Shown here in pieces: positions 25,778-36,341 of a stretch of DNA of 64,000 nt. The notes under the pieces are model-generated. The model saw only the letters and a list, made by a program, of their open reading frames with translations. It did no database searches and was not told where the DNA came from. The DNA lies in assembly GCF_006345805.1 (NCBI RefSeq), contig NC_043000.1, forward strand, positions 125,364,001-125,428,000, given 5' to 3'. Source of the stretch: Octopus sinensis. Its lineage: Eukaryota. Made by a program: the position numbers and the translations under genes. Numbering within the stretch: the stretch's first letter is position 1; every line of letters starts with the position of its first letter.

Positions 25778-27109
25778 AAAAAAATATATATTGGCAGATT
25801 ACTTTATATAGATCTTCACTAAGATACACATATAAAAGTATTTAAAAACTTTTTTTCTTTTTGTAGTTTGCAAAGTTGCAATCAGATTATTAGTATTCAG
25901 TTAAGATTTCAACTATTTTATAAAACGAAAATGAATATGTAGGTGCTTTTACTGTTCTTTGTATTGCTGCCTTTTCCATCTCTGTTGTTTGTTTACTTGT
26001 TCCATTTAGACATTCAGACCACTCGTGATTAGCTTTCATAGTTTTTGTAGTTTCACCGAGACACATTTGGGAATTAAAATTTCAAACTTCAGCTTAAATA
26101 TATACTGCATTTGATAAATACCACACATAGACACACGTTTATGTGTGTAATAACACTCCACACATACGTGTATGTATTTATATGAAGTAATTTCAATTGG
26201 AAATGCTTACTTTAAAATCTGTAATTTAGTTTAATGATCTGATATATTCCTGTATCACATAGTACTTGTCTCTAACCTTTCATTACTGATAGAGAAAAAT
26301 AAAATATATTATTGAGAAGATCTTTCATTTGACAAAGCAAAAAAAAAAATGTCCATTTTGTTTATTGCTTTTGATTTCTGGTTTTTAATTTACCTGTGTA
26401 AAGAAATGTTATCTAGTCTTTTAAATGGCTGGAATTTATTCCTTAGATTTTGTCTAAGCTATTTTAATTTTTTTTAGAAATAAAACTAATTTATACTTTG
26501 TTTGCCAAAATTTATGAAAAATTAATGCCTTCTTGGTTTCATCCAAAATCATTATTATTGCTTTAATGTCCACTGTTCCATGCTAGCATAGGTCAGACAA
26601 AACTCAGTGAGGCAGTTTTTCTGTGGCCAGGTGCTCAGTCTTTCACTAGTCTTAACATGCATTCAGTTTATACTATTATCAATAAGTTTTCTTAGTGGAT
26701 ATTTAGAAGGGATGATGTAGTAGCAGGGTTAATAGTGGCAGCTGAGCTTAAAATCATTTAATCTACTCCTCTCTCTCTCTCTTTTATGCACATATGGTTC
26801 ACTCACACATGACTGCAAGTCTACACAAGAGAGGCATGCATACACAAATGCATACCTGCACATCTGTAACATATCTATACTCTTCTGTATGTGCACATGC
26901 ATACACAGGTATATGCACATACCAGCATGCACACATGAACACATACCTACGTGTGCACATCATTGCACACCTGCACCCACCTGCTTGCATGCACCTGCTT
27001 GCAAACGTTTGTACTTATATGCCTTACACTCCAATGCATATATTTTCTTTGTATTAGATATTTTAGATTATCTTTTGCAAAATAAAGGACATCAGTTGTA
27101 ATCTAATCA

Positions 27110-27410
27110 TTAAAAAGGAGTGGGGCTATTTGTTGTGTGCCTAATGAACTGCAGCAAATCGTTAATGGGCTCTGCCGCAGGGACAACACAGTTGATATGC
27201 CCAAGCTGGAACATATGGCGTGGAGAGAAATTATTGGGAAGGCATCGAATCATGACACTCCTGTTAATTGTTAAAAGGTGGAAAATGCATTGATTTGATC
27301 ATGACATCCAACGTTGCAAATATAGCCATGTGTGGACAAAACTCTTGTAGAGAAGGGATAGGGGGAGCATGAACAAGGATGGTTGGTCAACATCAAGGAA
27401 TGAATGAGGA
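27110..27410 (+). mobile_element. Old RTE LINE ORF C-terminal relic
   Basis: Translates ...CVDKTLVEKG*GEHEQGWLVNIKE, resembling 'KTILQGxxEGxRxRGRxxKxWxDNIKEW'. Confidence 0.45.
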
Positions 27411-27689
27411 GGAAGATGGGGGGGGGGAGTTTGAGGTAACTAATGATTGGGGAAATAGAGAGGGGGATGCAACTTTCTGTAAACTTAGAGCCTCCCTTGG
27501 TTATGGAAATTGATTGATGATAGTGTCCAATGGTTCATAACTATTGCTTCATATAATACACACACACTATATATATATATATATAAAATGTAAACATTGA
27601 AGTTTGTACCAATGAATATTGACATAAAATCTCAGCAGTTGATAATTTTATTTATATTGTTTAGTCCACAAGATTAATTAGCCTTGACT

Positions 27690-27860
27690 GTGCAGATTTG
27701 TCTTCACAAAGGCATTCCAGCCATGGCCGTCTTGGCAGTTAGTATATCGGACTGCATTATCCGATGCATCCTTCCTTTTCTAAGACGGCAAGATGTGGTT
27801 TGACAGAGGTTTGGCTGCTGTTTATAGCAGATTTAGTAACTCCATGGAAACTTTATTGGT
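27690..27860 (+). repeat. Interspersed repeat family F
   Basis: cattatccgatg...gatgtggtttga...tttggctgct. Related copies near 32270-32440, 33390-33500 (reverse), 49000-49060 and 53960-54140. Confidence 0.55.
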
Positions 27861-28573
27861 GGTAAGGAAATACAGTGTACAAGAAATATGAGATTAAGAT
27901 ATCGAGACATTAGTTACGGATAAATTCTAGACTGAGAAGACATAACACATATATACACACATTCTTTCTCTTTATTCTAAAGTGAAAGTAGATGTCATAT
28001 TAGCAAAGAAAATATGCTAACCAGTGTGCCATCTGGGAAGTCTTTATCATTTCCATTAAGGAAATTTTTTTTCCTTTTCAATATTGTTTACATTTTGTGC
28101 ATGTTGGTGATTAAATCTCATTGAGATGAATCAAGATTGTTTTGCCCAGGTTCATGTGCATTTTGCTCTCTGAGCTATTTTCACTGCCCTTCTAAGATGG
28201 TCATTATTCTCTTATTGATATATCAAGTAACTGCCTTCCTGTGATCATTCTTGTTGATCAAAGCAGCCACCTGTGTGATGTCAACAACTGTTGTATAGTA
28301 AATATCACTATCTTCAGTGCAATAGTGGCTGATGAAGTTAATAGTTGTTGAAACCTCTGGATGTCTTGTGAAATAACTTGTGGCATATGTTCTATGTTTT
28401 TAGGTTGTATATTTGAGAGATAATTTTCTTTACTTCAAATAGTCAAAGCATCAACTACCTTTTGAGCTATTGTGTAGTGACTGTCTCACTTAGCGCAATC
28501 TTAAAATTTTATTTCATCTGATGTTATGGAGCTTGTGTGCGCGTGTGTGTAACATTATTTATTCATTCCTCAT

Positions 28574-28978
28574 CAAAGGTAGCAAGCTGGCAGAATCGTT
28601 AGCATGCCGGGCGAAATGCTTAGCATTATTTCGTCTGGCGCTACGTTCTGAGTTCAAATTCTGCCGAGCTCGACTTTGTCTTTCATCCTTTCGGGGTCGA
28701 TAAATTAAGTACCAGTTACGCACTGGGGTCAATATAATCGACTTAATCCGTTTGTCTGTCCTTGTTTGTCCTCTCTGTGTTTAGCCCCTTGTGGGTAGTA
28801 AAGAAATAGGTATTTCGCCTGTCGCTATGTTTTGAGTTCAAATTCCGCTGAGGTTGACTTTGCCATTCATCCTTTCGGAGTCGATAAATTAAGTACCAGT
28901 TAAGTATTGGGGTCAATGTAATTGACTATCCCCCTCTCTCAGAATTTCAGGCCTTGTGCTTATAATAGAAACTATTAG
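28574..28978 (+). mobile_element. Dimeric SINE family B with 15-bp TSD
   Basis: Full monomer 28577-28809 plus 5'-truncated monomer 28810-28978. TSD TTATTCATTCCTCAT at 28559-28573 and 28979-28993. Confidence 0.9.
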
Positions 28979-30862
28979 TTATTCATTCCTCATAATTCTT
29001 TGTTTTTTCAAGAAGTTGTAACAATGGAGTGAGTTCTTATTTCTAAAAGAATAAATACTAAGCTCTGTGTATTTGAGGACTTGCTCTCTCACTTGTGTGC
29101 ATAGCTACATACAAAAATAACACACTAGTTATGTTACTGGTAGAGAGAGTATTTGTGGAAGTCTAGGGCTTTGGAAAGAAGTGGTGTGGTTTGATTTTCA
29201 AGAGCTGGGCCTTGCAGAAAGGAGGACAAGACAGGATATTGATATGTTGAATAACTGACTCACCCAAGCCATACCAGCATGGACAAACATACATTTTAAC
29301 AATGATGATGATGTTGGTTGATTGAGGTCATTGACCATCTAAATAACACCTTCATATTCTGACAGAATGACGAACAATGCAGAGAAATAAATAAAATGTT
29401 GTTTGAGCTGAGAATTAGTTGCAAGTGTGTGAATACTTGATTGGAAATGGTACATATTATTGCCAGGAATCTAGCACTAAGAGATGAATTGTTGGTACCA
29501 CAATAGTGCTAATAATGATTTCTGCATTGGCATAAAACCAAGATTTGTAGGGAGTTCATACATTTGTATCATCAGCTGAATGGACTTCTATACGTTGTTG
29601 GTGGTTTGTTTTATCAGTGCCAAATGATGAACGGTAAAGATTACTTTAGTTGGTGAACACAGGATGTAAAGGGGATGTAAACAGATATTAGTCATTTAGT
29701 CAGCACAGATTGAAGTCGTTTAGTATGCCACTTCAGTAGCATTTTATATAATGACTGTGTGTGTTGGGAGAATATGGGTGTATTTATACACTTCTCCACC
29801 TATCATTTGACTGTACTTAGTTGGCTTTTTAAAACTGGAAATCTAACAAGTCATCAATTGTAAGCATTTACAGAAATATAATTTTTGCAAAATTTCTCTT
29901 TTACTTAATAAAATAGCAGCTCACATCACCATTGTATTATTCACAAATATTCTATTTTGTCTTTCAAGTGTATTGCTTTTGCATAATATTGCATTACTTG
30001 AATCTGTAATTGTTACAACTGAAAGCATAGTTAAAAACCAGGGAAAAAAAACCCACCAAAAAACTGTAGTTGAGAAATATTAAAAATAGTTTCTAAAATT
30101 TCAATTCAGATCCCAGGAAATTTAATTGTCCATTTTGAAATATTTTATTGTGCAAGTTTTTTTTTTAATATCTGAGAATAGCTTTTCTTTGATAGCCTAA
30201 ATGTTAAATGTCTGAAGTATGGCTTTTAGATTTGTAGAATTGGTCTGTATGACTGACTATACTTAGCATTTCTTTTTTTATAGCTTTGATATGATCTAAT
30301 ATAATACCGAGAAGGTAATATTTGAATATAAATGTAGAAGCTATTTTTTTTTGTTTTGTTACGTGTTTGTGGGTGGTGGTGGATTAAGTAAAATTGTAAG
30401 TTCTGACATTGAATAACTTAATAGTAAAAAGGTAAAACACCCTCTCTCTCTTTCTCTCTCTCTGCTTTTGATTAAGCTTCCAAAGTATAGAAGTTGTATT
30501 GTGTGACTGGAATTGTACATGTTAATTTGATCATAATAAATATTCATATTCAGACATTGTGAGTGTGTGTGTGTTCTTTGAAATATTTTGAGCTTTGCTT
30601 TTTGTCTTGAATAGAATGTTTTTATTGTGTTTGTAATAGTCTTCCATAAGTATTCCTGGTTTTTCTTTCATGTTCATCTTGATTACAGTAATGCAAAATA
30701 TTTTAAAGGACTTTAATAAAAAGAAAAGCCTTATATAAATATATATATGCGTGCATTATTTATTTATGGTAACCTGAAGATTCTTCCCTTGAAGAATACA
30801 GCATTTTAAATACACATACATTTATGATATTCTAGTTTTGCTAACTTTGTTAGCAATGTTTG

Positions 30863-31161
30863 TCCCTTCTCGAGCCATTCCTAGCTCATAAGGGCCAGTT
30901 TCCCGGTTTCCTTGGTGTAAAGGTTCCCCATCTGGATGGGACGCTGGTCCATTGCAAGTGAGCTGCAAGATGCAGGAGGAAAGAATGAGAGAAAGTTGTG
31001 GCGAAAGAGTCAGCAGAAGCTCACCATTACCTTCTGCTGGAGCCATGTAGAGCTTAGGTGTTTTGCTCATAGACACACACATCGCCCGGTCTGAGATTCC
31101 AACCCATGATCCCTCGACCATGAGTCCACTGCTCTAACCATTAGGCCATGTGCCTCCACAA
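30863..31161 (-). mobile_element. tRNA-derived SINE family D with 15-bp TSD
   Basis: TSD TGTTAGCAATGTTTG at 30848-30862 and 31162-31176. tRNA-like head at the right end. Confidence 0.9.
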
Positions 31162-31986
31162 TGTTAGCAATGTTTGCCACATAATGGTTTTAGGTTGTTT
31201 GCAGTATATTGAAATAATAATTGTTACTGAAAGTTAGAGCCAGAAATTTGGGGAGAGACATGATCCATTAAATTGGCTCCAATAGTTGACTGATACTTTG
31301 TTTAATCATTCTCAAAAAGATGAGATGAAGTTGCTCCTGGCAAGATTTGAACTCTGAATATAAAAAGTCAGTATGAATACTGCAAGGCATTTTTTATTTT
31401 TTCTAATGCTCTTACAATTCTGCCAGTGTACCATTTTAATGTAAAATACAATAACTAGTAATATTATGATTGTATATATACATGTGTGTATAAGGACTTT
31501 TTTGTTTGTTTTTTAGATGTTGAATAAGGTATTTCTTGCTGGCATGCAATATGGCATTTCCTCCATTTATAAAAAATGTGACAGTAACAATGTTAAATGA
31601 CAACTTGAATTATTCAGCAGCTTGTTACTTTATTAGATTAGTATGACATTGTTGTATAGAAGCTCTTTACTGGAATTTTAGCGTCACTGCTGCAAACTTT
31701 GGATAACTTTGAATTGACATACATGGAAATCTACTCAATTGTACCATTTCAAAATAGTTTTGTATTGTGAACGTTTAATCCACAAGTATTTGTTTATCTA
31801 ATTACTTTTCATCTGTTTATTGTTTATCTCCTTTATTCTCTTTTCAATTGCTTCTCTCGGTTTCTCTTTGAGATGTTAAGTTTAGGAGAGACACTGAAAG
31901 GAGTAGATGTGGAAACAGTTAGGTGGGGATGCTCCCCTGCTACCTAAAGCTTATTCGTGGAATAAAAATTAAATAAAAGTATAATT

Positions 31987-32142
31987 GCAGCGTGGAAGGT
32001 GTTTATAAGCCATTTAAGAAACACACAAAACCGTTAGATTCACTTCAACATTTAAATTTAATTTGTCAAATTATTTTCGTCGCTTTGAGACCGCGACTTG
32101 TTCACTGACAAAGCTTCGACTCGCTATGCAAGTACATCTCCG
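31987..32142 (-). mobile_element. 156-bp hammerhead-bearing retroposon fragment (Penelope/retrozyme-like)
   Basis: Flanked by an exact 13-bp direct repeat TAAAAGTATAATT (31974-31986 and 32143-32155) and contains the hammerhead motif. Confidence 0.7.
32062..32112 (-). ncRNA. Minimal type-I hammerhead ribozyme motif, G3-C8 variant
   Basis: Minus strand reads UUUGUCA GUGAACA A GUCGC GGUCUCAAA GCGAC GAAA AUAA U U UGACAAA: 7-bp stem I, 5-bp stem II, GAAA core, 1-bp stem III. Confidence 0.75.
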
Positions 32143-33651
32143 TAAAAGTATAATTATTGAAGTACTAACTTCATCTATTTATTGCTGCTGTTGAGCCCTT
32201 CTTCTCTGCTTTAGCAGAACTATAATTGGACATTCTAGATTTTGACCTATTGCAGAGAACCTAATTTGTCCATGGGTGTCTACTTGAGTGGGACATGCTG
32301 TCCCTAACTTTACATTTTAAGGGAACTTAGGGTTGCATTCCAATGAACACTTTCTTTTTACAAGATGTAGGATATGATTTGAGGGAAATTTGGCTGCCAT
32401 TTTCAACAAGTCAAGTAATTGTAGAGGTTTCCACTATTGAATTGCTCATCTATATGTAGATGTTGGTTGTATTTCTGTCCCAAACTTTCTCGCCAGAATA
32501 ATTTCTGGAACTCTATAGACAGTAGGCTAAAAAGTGAAGACAACTTTCTAGAGATAAAAACGAAGAACAAAATTGATTAATCTGATCAGAAAAAATGGAT
32601 ATCAAATGAAAGTATTTTAACTTCAAGAAGCAAGGTATTAATCATATAATTCACTAATGGTTTTTGACTGTTTTATTTTATTGCTCTCATAAATGATAGA
32701 AGGCAGTTTGACCTTGGCTAGATCTATATTTCAGCACAATGAGGTGCCAAAATAGAATCACAGATATTCTATTATTCTCATCTTCTCATTATTTATTAAT
32801 TTTATTAGCCAATCCAGGAAAATTCACAAGTATCCTAATTCTTGCATGCAAAAGTTATATTGTTAGAGTAAATGACTTTAGTCTAGACTGTAAATGTTCA
32901 TGGCTGTAAATGTATATTGTGGTAACAAATGAAGAGAAGCTTCAGAGAAAACATTATTTTCTGCAATTTAATGACTTCTCTGATAGGTATGAGGTTTCCT
33001 CAAATTTTATGGGAGGATATAGCCAATTATATCAACCTCATTGTTTGACTGGTATTAGTTTTTTATTGGTCTCTGGAGTAAAAATGGCAAAGTTAATTTC
33101 AGTGAGATTTGAATGTAATAAGACATGACTAAAATATTCTTGATTGTTGACCTTACTGATTCTAAAACTCCATCAACCTTAATTTTCCAGAATTTTCATT
33201 ATACTAAAAATTATATAGTCGCAGTGCTAAGTTTCATGCTGTCAGCTGATATGTTTAACAAAACTGTACTAAATAATTTCATAGTTTAATAACCACTTTC
33301 TGCATAATTCCACCTGTGTTAATGTTAGGCATTATTTACTGTGTAAGAGCTGAATCCCTTTGTGAACAGAACATAATTTGTTCAATAAAGTAATCTTGAC
33401 TTGCTAGAAATAACAGCCAAATTTCCTTCAAATCACATACTCAGGGCTACATTATCCAATGTAGCCTATAGATGAATACTACTATAAAATAATGCATTGT
33501 AAGGTAGCACTGATACTAACATCATGTAGGTTGTTCTCGGATAAATGTCTTCATTTTGCATTGATTATTTTCTGTAAATATGTCAAACCCTTTTTATCTT
33601 TTGCATTGTCTTTTACAAGAAACTATATGAATATATTTTCTTTCTTTGCAG

Positions 33652-33724
33652 AGGTTGATCTGGCTGCAAAATGTATTGTAAATATGGATACCACACAAAC
33701 TGTATTGTTTCATCCAAAAGACAG
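33652..33724 (+). CDS. KIF13: Internal coding exon (exon-2 equivalent) of a kinesin-3 motor, KIF13A/B/Khc-73-like
   Basis: Strong acceptor ttttctttctttgcag and donor AG|gtaaat. The 73-nt exon is open only in phase 1 and reads (E)VDLAAKCIVNMDTTQTVLFHPKD(R). This matches, from memory, KIF13A ELELNTKCVVEMEGNQTVLHPP and Khc-73 EIELDTKCIVEMEKQQTIL. The phase-1 start at E and phase-2 end at R are the borders I recall for vertebrate KIF13 exon 2. Confidence 0.85.
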
Positions 33725-35269
33725 GTAAATTAAAAAAATTGATTGTTTGAGATGTGTTATTACATGCATACATAATACACTAATACACATGTAGCATACG
33801 TGCATATTCATATACATGTATGCACACTTGACTAGCATGTGTGTGGCTGTTTGATCCTGTTCAGGGAAGCTTAATCCATAAGGTGGAGAAGGCCTTGTGC
33901 ATGATCAATACTTGAAAGGAATTAGTGTTGGTATATGTAAGAAATATACTTGATTTTTGTCCATGATGTTGCACATATTCACCTGAAGTGAAACAAATGT
34001 ATTTAAAATAAGCCAACACAGTATACTGCTTCTTTAAGTCTTTTGGGTTCAGATATTTAGAGCTGTGTTTTGGGGGCATAGCCAACTCATTGTAGCAAGG
34101 GAAAACAGACATAACTGATAATGTTGCTGAGGGTACACACATGCACTGTTGTGTTTGCAAGTACATACACAGATGCATTCATGAATATATACACACTTGT
34201 GTGTGCATACCTATGAATAGGCTATACTATATTCTTGCATGCCTGCTCACACACTGTGTGAAAGTACAGATGCATACAGAAATATCTGTATGAATCTGCA
34301 CATGTGTATTCACTGGGTTATGCATATGTGTGTGTGTATTTGTGTTTTATTGTCAGTGTTTACCTAGTCTGTACAAAGTTTGCCGAATGTTTGAATTTCT
34401 GAAAACAACAAAAGCTTGTTGATTTATGTATTTGAGTGAATCAAGAAATACATTAAAAAAAAAAAAAAAATCCACTCTAGAAATATTTACAAGTTCTTTG
34501 ATATTTTTTCTTTGTTTGCTTTTTATTATTGTTGTTCACATATTTGGTTTACTATCATTTTTGGTGTAAAATGTTTTTAATAATAATAACAAACATCACT
34601 AGACTGATAATAAAATTGTGACAGTGACCTACATGTGTGAATGGGTGTATTTATTCGGCTTTCATATTTAATCATGTGTTTATTTTGAAAATTAAGAGCG
34701 AGGTTATTTTGCTGAAGTTAGAGCTTAGTAAAATAAAAATAAGAAATAAGTGGAAATTTTACCGTAGAACTTAATAAGTTTCTGTTTTCTGTATGCAAGC
34801 ACAAAATGTGTGTCTGTCTTCTTGAGCTAACGTTATAATGGAGATATTTTGTTATGTCTAGGTCGTTCTTATTCCATTGAATCTGAAGGTTGTTGATGAA
34901 TTTTCTCTGCTCTTTTAGAGAAACTCGACTGAGTTAAGTAAAAGAAAAAAAGTTTAATGTAAATGTATCTTCTGATGATGATTATTTTAGTTGCTCAATC
35001 AGCTGGACTCTTTACTCATTGAATTAGAGCATAACTGGCTGGGTATTCCATTGACACTTCCACCCTTAACGTAATCCTCAAGCAGAAACAGTGACACAGC
35101 CATTTGTCTAATGGGCTTCAGTACAGTTTTCAGATATCCAGTTTCAGTCATGAGCCTAAGGCTGTGGTTAAACACTTGCCCATGTTGCCAAACTTTGAGA
35201 TCAAATCCTGGACTTGATGATTGAAGCAGACTTTTTTTTCTTAGTCAGTGTCTGTACCAAAAACCAATG

Positions 35270-35632
35270 AGTATTTTTTTTACTTTTGACTTGTTTTGGC
35301 CATTAGACTGCAGCCATGCTGGGGTACCATTTTGGAATTTTTTAGTCGACTGAACTGACCCCCAGGACTTTTTTCTAACCTGGGTACTTTTGTCTCTTTT
35401 GCGGAACCACTAAGTTATAAGCATGTAATCCCACCAATACCAGCTAAGCAGTGGTAAGGGACGCACACGTGTGAGTAGTATAATCATGAGCTTCTTTCAG
35501 TTTCTACCAAATTCTCACAAGGTTTCAGTCGGCCTCAGGTGGTAGTAGACACTTGCCCAAGGTGCCATGTAGTGGAACTGAACCCAGAACCATGTGGTTG
35601 GGAAGCAAACTTCTTACCACACAGCCACGCCA
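35270..35632 (-). mobile_element. SINE family A
   Basis: gcagccatgctgggg...acttgcccaaggtgccatgtagtggaactgaacccagaaccatgtggttgggaagc...cagccacgcc. Confidence 0.85.
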
Positions 35633-35818
35633 AAAGTAATGCTTTCAAAGTTGTAAGGTCTGTATTAAGATGTTCTTTTGAATAATATTTGTTGGAGAGA
35701 GAACAATATTAGTTTCTTGTTATTTGCACTAAGTATTTTATAGAAATTACATTAAGGGTGCAAGTATGTATGGAATACCCGGCCAGTTACGCCTTAATCT
35801 TTTTTTTTCATATTAAAG

Positions 35819-35836
35819 GTGGAGATATTCTGACAG
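35819..35836 (+). CDS. Candidate 18-nt phase-2/phase-2 microexon, (R)WRYSD(R/S)
   Basis: cttaat branch-like motif, T-tract, aag|GTGGAGATATTCTGACAG|gtataa. Stop-free and frame-preserving after the 33724 donor. Confidence 0.5.
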
Positions 35837-36323
35837 GTATAAATGAATGTTAGGTATGCTGGTAAAATAATCCTGTGCAGATGCTTAAACTCACATTTAT
35901 CCTGTGCAATACTAGGTTAAATTAGAAGATACCGCCTTTGAAATTTCTCTATAGCAAGCTAGTTTGTTTTAGACTATTGTAAATACTTAAGGTCACAATG
36001 AAAGCTTAAAACCTGTTCTAATGGATATTTAATTGCTCAGTACAATAATTGGGATTTGACAACACACACATTTGAGTACCTATGAAGGACAGTTAAACAC
36101 TGTTATAGCCTAGTCACATTTTTAGTTATTCAGTATAGCACTTGAGAAAATGTTTTATATTTTTTTCATATATTTTAACCAGGTTTATATAGAAATTTGA
36201 TCTAGATGGTTTAAAAAAAAAAAAATTTGACTAGTGATGCTTATGAAGTTCAGTTTGCTAAGCTTTATTTTCTGATAATATCATAAAGAAAAGCTACTTA
36301 CATAACTACGCTTGTTTGCTTAG

Positions 36324-36341
36324 CGAAATTATAAAAGGAAG
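36324..36341 (+). CDS. Candidate 18-nt phase-2/phase-2 microexon, (S)EIIKG(R)
   Basis: cataactacgcttgtttgcttag|CGAAATTATAAAAGGAAG|gtactt. In frame with the KIF13 exon. The KG-R ending resembles the 'KQGERK' L2 loop of KIF13A. Confidence 0.4.

Larger units (their letters stand above)
1..33651 (+). other. KIF13: Probable very long intron 1 of the KIF13-like gene (5' end outside window)
   Basis: No exon encoding 'VKVAVRVRP...RR' was found upstream by eye. The sequence is repeat-filled and ends at the 33651 acceptor. Confidence 0.6.
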
